64,000 bases of DNA from NCBI GenBank assembly GCA_965648905.1, contig CBFGIT010000003.1, forward strand, positions 93,844-157,843, in the 5' to 3' direction. The stretch is from a candidate division WOR-3 bacterium (GTDB lineage Bacteria; Hydrothermota; Tepidihabitantia; Tepidihabitantales; Tepidihabitantaceae). This document shows, piece by piece, positions 16,162 to 25,565 of the stretch. The notes below the pieces were generated by a model, which worked only from the letters and a program-made list of their open reading frames with translations, had not been told where the DNA came from and did not search any database. Numbering within the stretch: position 1 is the stretch's first letter; each line of letters starts with the position of its first letter. Both the position numbers and the translations under genes were made by a program.

Positions 16162-19035
16162 TCAGGGTTTCCTGAGCAGCGGTTTCAGGTAGCGGCCGGT
16201 GTGGCTGCCCGCGGTGGCTGCGACCTGTTCAGGTAAGCCCTGGGCAATGATGCGGCCGCCTTCGTCCCCGCCTTCCGGCCCTAAGTCGACAATCCAGTCC
16301 GCACACTTGATGACCTCAAGGTTGTGCTCGATAACTACCACTGTGTTGCCCCGCTCGACCAGCCGGTCAAGCATCCCGAGAAGCAGCCGCACGTCCTCAA
16401 AGTGCAGGCCTGTAGTCGGCTCGTCGAGCAGGTAGAGCGTGCGACCCGTGGCAATCTTCGATAGCTCGCGCGCGAGCTTGATGCGCTGGGCCTCGCCGCC
16501 CGAGAGCGTCGGCGCGGGCTGACCGAGCTTGATATAGCCCAGCCCCACATCCTTCAGCAGCTTCACCTTGCGCTCAATCACCGGCACGTTGGCGAAGAAC
16601 TCGACCGACTGGTCCACGCTCATGTCGAGCACCTCGGCGATGTTCTTCATCTTGTACTTGACGTCCAAAGTTTCGCGATTGTAGCGCCGGCCCTTGCAGA
16701 CCTCGCAGGTGACATAGACGTCAGGCAGGAAGTGCATCTCGACCTTGATGATGCCGTCGCCCGCGCACGCCTCGCACCTGCCGCCCCGCACGTTGAACGA
16801 GAACCGGCCCGGCTTGTACCCGCGCATGCGCGCGTCCTTGGTCCGGGCAAAAAGCTCGCGGATGGGCGTGAACGCATTGGTATAGGTCGCCGGGTTGGAG
16901 CGCGGGGTCCGGCCAATCGGCGACTGGTCGATGTTCACGACCTTGTCGACCCGCTCGATGCCGGTAATCCGGTCGTATGCGCCCGGCTTCTCGCTTGAGC
17001 CGTAGAAATGGCGGGCCAGGGCCCGGTACAGGATATCGGACATGAACGTACTCTTGCCTGAGCCGGACACGCCGGTGATGCACACGAACCGGCCCAAGGG
17101 TATGGCAATGTCCACATTCTTCAGGTTGTTCTCACGACAGCCGATTACGGTCAGCCAGCCTGAGTCGGCGCTCCGCCGCTGCGCCGGCAGCTCAATCCTG
17201 CGCTTGCCCGACAGATACGCGCCGGTCAGCGAGTTGGCGTCGCGTCGAATCTCATCGGGCGTACCCTGGGCCACGATTCTGCCGCCCTGTTCGCCTGCAC
17301 CCGGGCCTAAATCGATGACATGGTCCGCCTCAAGAATCGTCTCCTCATCGTGCTCGACCACCAGCACGGTGTTGCCCAAATCGCGCAGGCCCGTGAGGGT
17401 CGATAGCAGTCTCCGGTTGTCGCGCTGGTGCAGGCCGATTGAGGGCTCGTCCAGGATGTAGACCACGCCCACCAGCCCGGACCCAATCTGGGTCGCCAGC
17501 CGCACCCGCTGCGCCTCGCCGCCGCCCAGGGTCTCGGCCGTACGGTCGATGGTCAAGTAGTCCAGTCCGACCGAGACCAGAAACCCCAGCCTGCGCTTCA
17601 GCTCCTTGACAACGTCGCGGGCAATCTGCTCGTCGCGCGGCGAGAGCGCGAGTTCCTCGGAAAAGTACCGGTTCGCGGCCTTGATTGACATCCGCGTCAT
17701 GTCCGCGATGTTCAGCTCGCCGATGCGCACGGCCAGGGCCTCCGGCTTCAGCCGCCTGCCCTGGCACGCCGGACACGGCAGCACTGACATGAACCGCTCG
17801 ACCCACTCGCGCCTCCCTTCGGACTCGGTCTGCTTGTGGATCCGCTCCAGATACGGCACTGCGCCCTCATACTTCCCGTCCCATTCCCACTCCCACTTGT
17901 CGTTCGCCACCTTATAGTGGAACTCCTCATCCGAGCCCTGGAGAATGATGCGCCGGGCCGACGCGGGCAGGTCTTTCCACGGCGTGGTCAGCTTGAACTT
18001 GTACCGCCGGGCAAGAGACTGCAGCTTGGCGAGAAACCACTCGCCCCGCTCAGAGAGGTCGCCCCACGGCTTCAGAGCGCCGTCCAGGAGCGACAGGTTC
18101 GGGTCGGAAATCAGCCGGTCCGGGTCAATCTCCATCATTGTGCCCAGACCATGGCACTTCGGACATGCGCCGTGCGGCGAGTTGAACGAAAACAGCCGGG
18201 GCGTGATTTCCTCAAAGCTGAACCCGCAATCCGGACACGCCAGTGCCGCAGAAAACACCCGGTCAGCCCCCTCATTCTCGCTTCTCGCTTCTCGCTTCTC
18301 GCTTCTGCCTTCGGCATTCTGTACCGCGACCACACAAAGCCCATTTCCCTCTTTGAGCGCCAGCTCCACCGAATCGGCCAGCCGCTTCCTCACCTCAGGC
18401 TTGACCGTAAGCCGGTCCACCACCAGCTCAATCGTATGCTTCTTGTACTTCTCCAGGCTCGGCACTGCCTCGATTTCGTACAGCTCGCGGTCCACGCGCA
18501 CGCGGATGAAACCTCTCCGCTTCGCCTGAGACAGAAGCTCCTTGTACTCGCCCTTGCGGTCCCGCACCAGGGGCGCAAGCACGACAAGGCTCATGCCCTC
18601 GGGTTCGGCCAGCAGCGCGTCGACAATCTGGTCCGTGGCCTGGGACGAAATCGGCTTTGCGCATTTCGGGCAGTACGGCTTGCCCACCCGGGCAAACAGC
18701 AGCCTCAGGTAGTCGTAGATTTCCGTGACCGTGCCCACGGTCGAGCGCGGGTTCCGGGCCGAGGTCCGCTGCTCGATGGCAATCGCGGGCGAAAGCCCGG
18801 AGATAGAATCGCAATCCGGCTTCTCAAGCATCCCGAGGAACTGCCGCGCATAGGCAGAAAGCGACTCGATGTAGCGGCGCTGGCCCTCGGCATAGATGGT
18901 ATCAAACGCCAGGGACGACTTACCCGAGCCGGAAATCCCGGTGATGACCACGAGCTTGTTGCGCGGGATTACTACGTCGATGTTCTTGAGATTATGCTCG
19001 CGTGCGCCACGAATCCTGATTACGTCATCTGTCAT
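16162..19035 (-). CDS. uvrA: Excinuclease ABC subunit A
   Basis: GAREHNLKN, two Walker A motifs (GSGKS), Zn fingers, [17 protein letters not shown]. Confidence 0.98.
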   Translation of the reverse strand: MTDDVIRIRGAREHNLKNIDVVIPRNKLVVITGISGSGKSSLAFDTIYAEGQRRYIESLSAYARQFLGMLEKPDCDSISGLSPAIAIEQRTSARNPRSTVGTVTEIYDYLRLLFARVGKPYCPKCAKPISSQATDQIVDALLAEPEGMSLVVLAPLVRDRKGEYKELLSQAKRRGFIRVRVDRELYEIEAVPSLEKYKKHTIELVVDRLTVKPEVRKRLADSVELALKEGNGLCVVAVQNAEGRSEKREARSENEGADRVFSAALACPDCGFSFEEITPRLFSFNSPHGACPKCHGLGTMMEIDPDRLISDPNLSLLDGALKPWGDLSERGEWFLAKLQSLARRYKFKLTTPWKDLPASARRIILQGSDEEFHYKVANDKWEWEWDGKYEGAVPYLERIHKQTESEGRREWVERFMSVLPCPACQGRRLKPEALAVRIGELNIADMTRMSIKAANRYFSEELALSPRDEQIARDVVKELKRRLGFLVSVGLDYLTIDRTAETLGGGEAQRVRLATQIGSGLVGVVYILDEPSIGLHQRDNRRLLSTLTGLRDLGNTVLVVEHDEETILEADHVIDLGPGAGEQGGRIVAQGTPDEIRRDANSLTGAYLSGKRRIELPAQRRSADSGWLTVIGCRENNLKNVDIAIPLGRFVCITGVSGSGKSTFMSDILYRALARHFYGSSEKPGAYDRITGIERVDKVVNIDQSPIGRTPRSNPATYTNAFTPIRELFARTKDARMRGYKPGRFSFNVRGGRCEACAGDGIIKVEMHFLPDVYVTCEVCKGRRYNRETLDVKYKMKNIAEVLDMSVDQSVEFFANVPVIERKVKLLKDVGLGYIKLGQPAPTLSGGEAQRIKLARELSKIATGRTLYLLDEPTTGLHFEDVRLLLGMLDRLVERGNTVVVIEHNLEVIKCADWIVDLGPEGGDEGGRIIAQGLPEQVAATAGSHTGRYLKPLLRKP
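18274..18322. repeat. Heptamer tandem repeat inside uvrA
   Basis: attctcg (cttctcg)x3 cttctgc cttcggc attctgt, encoding [16 protein letters not shown]. Confidence 0.85.
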
Positions 19036-19139
19036 GGGAGACGGCAGAGTATAGACCGACGCCGGGCGGAATCAAGCCGCCCCTGGCAACTCGGGCCATT
19101 GGGCGGGTCCCGAGACTCAGTAGGGTCTTCTGCTGCTGG

Positions 19140-20591
19140 CTACTCTACCTTCACTACCCTCGCGAAGGCCGTGCACCTGCCGGCGTCGAGCCGGCAGAAG
19201 TAGGTCCCGGCTGGAAGCGCTGTCGGCGAGTCGCTTCCGGCGTCCCAAGTTAGCGCGTGCAGACCCGGCGACTGCCTGCCTCGAAAGAGGGTCGCCACGT
19301 ATCTGCCGGCTGCGTCGTACGCACAGAGAGCCACGTCAGACTCACCCGGAAGGCTATACCTGACGGTAGCTCGCCGGTCAGCCACGCTCGGCGAAACGGT
19401 GAGCTGACATCCGCGTGATGGGCCCTGACTCTCTTCTATGATTCCAGGGGCAACTGTTCGGCGCGCAAGTCGCAGATAGCGAAGGTCATCGACAAAGCAC
19501 ACATACAGAGTCCCGGCCGGGTCCTGAGAAAACGATGGGCCTATCCCTCCCGGCGATGGAATCGTCTCATGAGTCCAGCCGGGCGGGGTGCGGTATGAGT
19601 TGTAGAGTGGGTCCATGGTCGAACTAGCGGCAATGTGGGGAACACCTCCGACGAATGCCAGGTCCGCGGCTTCCTCTCCTCGTCCAAACGGGCCACGAAC
19701 CAGTTCCACCGTCCAGCTATCCGGGACGCCGACTCGGTAGTAAAGTCCCCAGTCCGATGTGTACGCCAGATGGTCGCGACCGTCCGGGCCAATCTCGGCG
19801 GCGTACGGCTCGTAGCCCGACATCCACAGCCTGCCCACGGTGTCCCACTGCCAGGTGCCGGCCACTCTGGAAGCCAAGAGAAGCAGACCTGTGTCGGTCG
19901 GCCCTTCATCGGGTACGCCGAGCCAAATGGAAACACGGTTGGCTGGCCCGGCCGCCAGCACAGGCGTCGGCACGTAGAACCAAGCGCCGTGTTCAGTCCT
20001 GGACCAGATGGTCTCCTTCGTCCAAGTGTCGCCGACTCGCTCGGCAACGCGAATCTCGTAAGTTGACTCGCTGTTCACGCGAGCGTAGGCCACGATGCAG
20101 GCACCGCTGGAACTCACGCGGTAGCTCGGTCTCCGGCTGGATATCACGCGGCTGAACCAAGGGCCGCTGTCAACACAGGTCGTCGTCCAACTTGAGCCGG
20201 CGTAATATGCGTGGTGAAGCTGCCAACTATCCTGCTGCACGCCGAAATGCTTGGTGTAGGCAAGACTCGGCCGGCTTGCAGCGTCACTCCGAATTGCGGA
20301 TGGGTAGGGTCCCGAATACGTGGCACTGTCCACGATGCAGAATCTCCAAGTGGAGTCAAGGCGAAAGGCGTGACGCAGCAGGCTGCCGTGATGACCTGCA
20401 AGTTCGCAGGCGTATGCGAGGTGTGTTCCTCGTTCCCCGAGTGCCAGTACTCGACACTCCTCTATCCAGTTGCTACTATCAACGGTCTCAACGGCCCAGT
20501 TCTGGCCAAGGACGAGAGAGGCGAACGCGGCCGTGCAGAACACGACCGCGCTCGAATGACTTGAGAAAGCTCGTCGCACTGAGGACGACAT
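19140..20591 (-). CDS. Secreted repeat (beta-propeller-like) protein with T9SS/FlgD-type C-terminal domain
   Basis: Signal peptide after ATG 20591; W-x-x-E-T-V-D / HLAY repeats; YDAAGRYV...LPAGTYFCRL. Confidence 0.8.
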   Translation of the reverse strand: MSSSVRRAFSSHSSAVVFCTAAFASLVLGQNWAVETVDSSNWIEECRVLALGERGTHLAYACELAGHHGSLLRHAFRLDSTWRFCIVDSATYSGPYPSAIRSDAASRPSLAYTKHFGVQQDSWQLHHAYYAGSSWTTTCVDSGPWFSRVISSRRPSYRVSSSGACIVAYARVNSESTYEIRVAERVGDTWTKETIWSRTEHGAWFYVPTPVLAAGPANRVSIWLGVPDEGPTDTGLLLLASRVAGTWQWDTVGRLWMSGYEPYAAEIGPDGRDHLAYTSDWGLYYRVGVPDSWTVELVRGPFGRGEEAADLAFVGGVPHIAASSTMDPLYNSYRTPPGWTHETIPSPGGIGPSFSQDPAGTLYVCFVDDLRYLRLARRTVAPGIIEESQGPSRGCQLTVSPSVADRRATVRYSLPGESDVALCAYDAAGRYVATLFRGRQSPGLHALTWDAGSDSPTALPAGTYFCRLDAGRCTAFARVVKVE

Positions 20592-20592
20592 C

Positions 20593-21343
20593 CTACTCGA
20601 CCAAGGTGAGCTTGGTTGTTCTTCTCTCACCTCCAACTAGCAGAACGACATAGTAGGAGCCGGCGGACAGGGCTGCGCTCAGTTGGTCAGCGTCAACAGC
20701 GTGATAGCCCGCCGTTTTGTACCTGTTGACCAAGGTTCCTACATGACGGCCCGAGACGTCCCACAGCTCCAGACAGACATTGCCGTTCTCCGGCAGGCCG
20801 TACCGGATGGCGGTCCCGCCACCGCGACGGGCAATCTTCTTTGCAGCAAGTGACACCGTGCGGGGCAGCGAAGTGACCTCTCCCGCAGAACCGCGAAGCG
20901 CCTCAATCCCGACACGGCAGGTCGTTTGCCTAGGTAGATACTGGTCGTAGCAAACACCCATGTAGTCGTCGACGCTCGGCCTCGGCTTGTAGCAGGTGAC
21001 TTCCAGTATGCCCTCAGTGGCGGGGGTCACCAGGAAAGTGACCGTTCCGCCAGCACCAGTCCAGCCGACGGCGTAGACGTCGCCGTCCTTGTGAAGGCAG
21101 ACGCGCACCTCTGGCAGCCCGTCCCCGGCTACTGTCCGAACGACCACGGTGAAACGAGTAGTGACACCCACGGGTATGTACCCTGGGTGTTCCGCGATTA
21201 TGTTGCACGGCTCGTTAATCCACGGTTCGAACTCGGGCGTCCCAAACAGGTTGTGGGCATGCGAGACGTACCATTTGTACGAGACGCCGGGTACGGTGCT
21301 CAAGAGGATTTTCGATGCGGCCTCGACGCCGGAAAGTGTGAAG
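20593..21343 (-). pseudogene. 3' remnant of a secreted protein (gingipain/C25-like C-terminal Ig plus sorting domain) truncated by the IS
   Basis: HNLFGTPEFEPW resembles the C25 NLLGDP motif; Ig segment; WDVSGRHV...AGSYYVVL...KLTLVE; the frame runs into the IS end. Confidence 0.7.
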
Positions 21344-21418
21344 TGAAATGTTTCACAGAAAGTGAGACAGAATTGGCTTCTGATTTGGGGAGGGTTATGA
21401 TAGCGTAGAAAGGCGATA

Positions 21419-21724
21419 ATGGACCAAGAACCAAGAGCTGCAAGACGGGCGTTCAGTCCGCAGGAGAAGCTGGAAATACTGCTGGAGGGCGCGACGACCG
21501 GCAACGTTGCCGAGGTCTGCCGCCGCCGTGGGTTGAGGGTCAGTATGTACTACCGATGGCGGGCCATGCTGTTCAAGCATGCCGGCGCTGTGTTCGCACA
21601 TGGCAACGGCGGGACAGGCCAGTGTCAGGTCGCAGCACTGGAAGAGCAGTTACGCCGTAAGAACGCGGTGATCGCCGAGTTGACCCAGGAGAACCTGGAC
21701 CTAAAAAGGGGGCGCTGGCATTGA
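21419..21724 (+). CDS. IS transposase OrfA (HTH plus coiled coil)
   Basis: RRAFSPQEKLEILLE...VAEVCRRRG...YYRWR...ENLDLK. Confidence 0.9.
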   Translation: MDQEPRAARRAFSPQEKLEILLEGATTGNVAEVCRRRGLRVSMYYRWRAMLFKHAGAVFAHGNGGTGQCQVAALEEQLRRKNAVIAELTQENLDLKRGRWH

Positions 21725-22782
21725 GTGACCATCCCCGAGCTTTGAGCGAGAACTTCAACCAGGTTGCCGCCTGGGTCGAAGCGACCCGGCAGCGCAGCGG
21801 CTGGCCGGTCCGCACTATTCTGGCCAGGCTGGGCATCACGCCGGCACGCTTCTATCGCCTGCGCGCCCGACAGGCGGTTGAGGTCGGCATCCGAGACGAC
21901 GCGCAACTGGTGCGCCGCAGTGTCCGGGAACTGCTGCCTGAAGAGCGGATGCTGGTCCTGGACTATGCTTTGGCCTTTCCGGACTCACGTCATCGGGCAC
22001 TGGCCTATGAGCTGGCTGATGCCGCTATCGTGTGCGCATCACCCGCGACAGTCTATAGGGTGTTGAGCGAGAAGGGGTTAGTTCCTGGCGGGCGGGCGGA
22101 GCGGGCGGCGGTGACAAGCGGGTCTGACCGTAGGCGGGCGCGACTGCCGGACGAGCGCTGGCTGTTGGACTGGACCTATCTGACGATCGTCAGGCGCTGG
22201 TGGTATCTTTTCTACCTGATGGACGAGTACTCGCGGTACGTGGTTCACTGGGAGCTGTGCTGGCGGATGGACGAGTCGGCCACGACCGCGGCGATTGAGC
22301 GTGCGCTGATGGTGCCGGGACGCAAGCGGCAGCCATCGATCCAGACGGACAACGGGCCGGCCTTCATCAGCCGTGACTTCAAGAGCTACCTGGCCGGGCA
22401 TGGCATCAGGCACGATCGGATACATCCCAACTGCCCTCAGGAGAACGGGATTGTCGAGCGTGGCATCCGGACCTGCAAAGAGCTGGCTGGTGACGAGTTC
22501 GACGAGGTCGGACTGGCGCGGATTGAAATCGGCCGGGCGGTTGAGTACTATAACTGCGAGCGGCGGCACAGTGCGCTTCAGTATCTGCGGCCGATCGACT
22601 ACTATCGTGGTGACCCAGAGGCTCTGCTGGTGGCACGGGCTCGGCGCATGGCGGCGGCCCGGGAACACCGCCGGCAGACTAACCTGGCCTTCAACCGCGC
22701 GTCACAGGACCGGTGGAAACGGGCCGCAAAACAGGCAGAGGACTCCCTAAATCCGATGCCCGTTTTGTCTCATTTCGCGTGA
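21721..22782 (+). CDS. IS transposase OrfB (DDE integrase core)
   Basis: WLLDWTY, DEYSRY, TDNGPAF, PQENGIVER, YYNCERRHSAL. Confidence 0.92.
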   Translation: MSDHPRALSENFNQVAAWVEATRQRSGWPVRTILARLGITPARFYRLRARQAVEVGIRDDAQLVRRSVRELLPEERMLVLDYALAFPDSRHRALAYELADAAIVCASPATVYRVLSEKGLVPGGRAERAAVTSGSDRRRARLPDERWLLDWTYLTIVRRWWYLFYLMDEYSRYVVHWELCWRMDESATTAAIERALMVPGRKRQPSIQTDNGPAFISRDFKSYLAGHGIRHDRIHPNCPQENGIVERGIRTCKELAGDEFDEVGLARIEIGRAVEYYNCERRHSALQYLRPIDYYRGDPEALLVARARRMAAAREHRRQTNLAFNRASQDRWKRAAKQAEDSLNPMPVLSHFA

Positions 22783-22791
22783 AGCAGTACA

Positions 22792-22872
22792 GACCATTAT
22801 GCCGACGACGGCCAGTACGGCAGCGACAATGCGCTCAAACAGGACAGAACCGGAGCCTATGAGGTCACCCAT
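22792..22872 (-). pseudogene. 5' stub (signal-peptide-like) of a gene cut by the IS
   Basis: ATG 22872 gives MGDLIGSGSVLFERIVAAVLAVVGIMV and then the IS end; preceded by TTGACA-16-TAGACT (22908-22881). Confidence 0.55.
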
Positions 22873-22959
22873 ATCCTGCCAGTCTACCCTTGCCGGTCTG
22901 CCTGTCAAGCTGGCGGCACCCGGCCCCGGGACCTCGGGTCGTCTGCCGCGCGGCCCGGC

Positions 22960-23157
22960 TCAGTTGTCGGGCTGGGATTTGTCGCGGACGACCGGTGGAA
23001 GCTCGCTGCTGCGCCGCCGGGCCCGCGACTCGGCGGCGCGCGTCCGGAGCTGCCGCAGCCACTCGTCCACGCTCAGCCCATCCCGAATCCGCTTCTCCTC
23101 GGCCTCGCGCCGGACCTTGTGCAGCCACTCCATCCAGTCCAGACCATCAATCTTCAT
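22960..23157 (-). CDS. Small protein, putative antitoxin
   Basis: 65 aa, charged and helical; overlaps the 3' end of the PIN gene. Confidence 0.6.
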   Translation of the reverse strand: MKIDGLDWMEWLHKVRREAEEKRIRDGLSVDEWLRQLRTRAAESRARRRSSELPPVVRDKSQPDN

Positions 23158-23628
23158 AGAGCACCACCTGTTCAGGCGTCCTGATATTCACAAACTGATA
23201 CCCCTCGCGCAGGTTGACCGCATTGAGCCTGCGCTCGGCCCACTCGTTCGCCAGATGCCTTAGGTTCAGAGAGACGATGACGTCGGCGCGGCCGACAGTT
23301 GCGAAAGCGGCGTGCCGGGCATCCAGTACCTCGACCGGAGGGATGACTCCGTCTCGAACGTACAACTCGGCCAGCCGGGTCACCTCCGCCTCATCCGCGT
23401 CGAGTACGTCCAGTTGGTCGAGCAGTGCGAGCAGTCTTGACCGCACGGGTTCGGCGGTCTGGCCGAGCTCCTCCTCAGCCAGCGGCGAGACCGCAGCGTT
23501 CAGCAGGCCCATCGATAGCTGTCGGAACATCGCCTGCCTGCTTCCCGTCGGACGGCGTTCCGTGGCTCCTCGTCGAAGTAGAAGCCGAAGACCGAAGTCT
23601 CGATGTAGTGCAGGGGCTGGTGTTCCAT
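23147..23628 (-). pseudogene. PIN-domain (VapC-like) toxin, frameshifted near 23537
   Basis: The N-terminus MEHQPLHYIETSVFGFYFDEE (from ATG 23628) is in a different frame from MFRQL...DARHAAFAT...IVSLNLRHL...IRTPEQV. Confidence 0.8.
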
Positions 23629-23878
23629 TGGCTCAGGATAGCCGGTTCCTCTCCGGTGTCAAGCGCATGGCGAGACTCTGAGTCCGAGGTTGAACCACCG
23701 TGGGCAGAAAGGAACGGACGCGGCCAGCAGTGAGAGCTTCCGGACTTCTGCGTTCTGGCTTCTCGCGTCCACCTTTGACCGGGCGCAGGTCACACCGGGC
23801 TCTGTGGCTGACCTTGTGTCGGCTCCAAGCCCGGCCTTTGTGTTCTTGGTGCGCTTGGTGGTTGAGTGCCGGAATCAG

Positions 23879-23907
23879 GAGAGCCGGCCCGAGTCGGGCC
23901 GGCTCTC
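23879..23907 (-). terminator. GC-rich hairpin after the second selenoprotein gene
   Basis: GAGAGCCGGCCCG-AGT-CGGGCCGGCTCTC, perfect 13-bp stem, no U-tract. Confidence 0.5.
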
Positions 23908-23925
23908 GACACTGAAGCTGCCGGG

Positions 23926-24810
23926 CTAGTGGACCACGCGCAGACGCACGGTCTCGGTCTGCTCCGGGGTCCGAACCGTGCAGTAGTAGACTCCAGGCTG
24001 GTAGCCGGCAGTGTTGATGTTCAAGGACGAACCCTGAGCCTCAATCGTCTCGACCGCGCGGCCGGTCGCGTCCCGCACGGTCATGGTCATGGGGCCGGAT
24101 GCGCCGTCAAGGCTGATTGCTGTCCTGCGGTCAGCCGGGTTGGGCAGGCATCGTACCGTCGGCACGGCACGGGCTGGCCGAGCTTCGCTGATGCCACTGA
24201 CCGGCACAAGGGTGATGTCGTCGGCGGAGACCTCCGCCCACGGCGACCCTCAGCCGCCTGAGGTGCCGGCGTAAACCGACACCTTGAGCTTCTGGACAAA
24301 GCGAATCGGAACGTCGGGCAGGTTCTGGGTCAGTTCGTCGTAGACGTTTATCTGGAACCGGTTCCATTCGGTGTTGGGCACCTGAATCAGATGGCTCGTG
24401 CCGGTGGAAACCCAGTTGCAGTACGGGCTGGGGTAGTAGAATCTGGTGTCGCCCTGAAAGGCGTTGTCACGGTCGTAGTAGCCGAGAATCACCGCCGAGA
24501 CCGGCCAGCAGGTCGAGGAGCCGGCCCCGAGGTTCATTTTGGCCCAGAATGAGAAGTCGAGGTTGAGGTTCGTGACGCTGACCATCTGGTCGAGCGCGGT
24601 CGAGCCGGCCCCGAGATACTGCTGCAGGTATGCCTCATAGTCCGGGTCCGGGTGATAGCCGGTTCCCCGGTCAAAAGTGTGGGTTCCGGCCCCGACCGGG
24701 TTCTGGGTCCAGCCGACCGAAAGGTCCTGCTCAAAGTCACCGTTGACGAGCAGGTTCTGGCCCAGGGCAGACCCAAGCACAAGCAGCGCACATAATAGCA
24801 GTCTAGACAT
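23926..24810 (-). CDS. Predicted secreted selenoprotein: jelly-roll/CBM-like domain plus T9SS-type C-terminal domain
   Basis: ORFs 24250-24837 and 23926-24207 share a frame. The junction reads YAGTSGG-TGA-GSPWAEVSADDITLVPVSGISE. Signal peptide, NLLVNGDFE at the N-terminus, PNPA...DATGRAV...PGVYYC C-terminal domain, SD GGAGG before ATG 24810. Confidence 0.8.
24223..24238 (-). promoter_or_regulatory. Putative bacterial SECIS element
   Basis: mRNA GGCGGA-GGUC-UCCGCC hairpin starting 11 nt after the UGA (24250-24252). Confidence 0.78.
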
Positions 24811-24950
24811 CGACGAACCTCCAGTTAGCATTGACACATGATAGCCGATGGCCGGCCCGAGTCAAACCGGGCTGCCATCCGTTCTTGACATGCTGCATCC
24901 GGACACTATCTTGGAGTCGTGCAGTCTGCCTCATTTGCCCCGGACCGCTG

Positions 24951-25565
24951 ATGAACTTACCGCTGCCGGCTCTCGGTCTATCGTTCCTGCTTGGTGCTCT
25001 TTCCGGGTCTATCCCGTTCGGCCTTCTGGCCGGCCGTCTGGCCGGCACCGATATCAGACAACGCGGCTCCGGTAACATCGGCTTCACCAATGTCCAGCGC
25101 ACGGTCGGCTGGAAATGGGCCTTGCCGGTTCTCGTGCTGGACATTGCCAAAGGCATCGCGCCGGTCCTGGTCGCGTCCCGGCTCGGGCTTGAGCCGGTTG
25201 CGGCCGGGCTTGGTGCAGTGCTCGGACACGTGTTCACTCCCTGGCTCGGCTTCAAGGGCGGCAAGGGTGTGGCGACCACGTTCGGAGTCGCGGCCCTGCT
25301 CTGCCCGAGAAGCTTCTGGCCTGACCTCGGTCTGTACTTTGTCCTTTTGCTCCTGACCGGTTTCATCTCGGTGTCGTCCCTTGCCTTTGCCGCGACTCTG
25401 CCCTTCCTGACCGCGGTGCTCTACGCCGGGCACGTCCCGCTGCTCGTCTTTGCCCTGACCGTCTCGGTCGTCATCATCCTGCGCCACGTTGACAATATCC
25501 GCCGTCTGGCCGCCCGCACCGAGCCGCGGCTTGGGCTCTGGAACCGGCTCTTCCGCAAGACATGA
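24951..25565 (+). CDS. plsY: Glycerol-3-phosphate acyltransferase PlsY
   Basis: GSIPFG, DIRQRGSGNIGFTN, LDIAKG, GHVF, FKGGKGVAT, RHVDNIRRL. Confidence 0.95.
   Translation: MNLPLPALGLSFLLGALSGSIPFGLLAGRLAGTDIRQRGSGNIGFTNVQRTVGWKWALPVLVLDIAKGIAPVLVASRLGLEPVAAGLGAVLGHVFTPWLGFKGGKGVATTFGVAALLCPRSFWPDLGLYFVLLLLTGFISVSSLAFAATLPFLTAVLYAGHVPLLVFALTVSVVIILRHVDNIRRLAARTEPRLGLWNRLFRKT

Larger units (their letters stand above)
21344..22791 (+). mobile_element. IS3-family-like insertion sequence (1448 bp)
   Basis: TG...CA ends; 29-bp imperfect IRs (21344-21372 / 22763-22791, 21/29 identical); orfA plus orfB in the -1 frame; no target duplication. Confidence 0.88.

Noticed and set aside
12371..18322. Short repeat arrays as CRISPR
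   Set aside because: They are contiguous 7-bp units with no spacers, and no cas genes are present.
17836..19203. Long antisense ORFs (e.g. 17836-19203, 38892-40166, 50957-52114, 52096-52932, 59902-60903)
   Set aside because: Shadow frames opposite well-supported genes, expected in high-GC DNA; no recognisable motifs.
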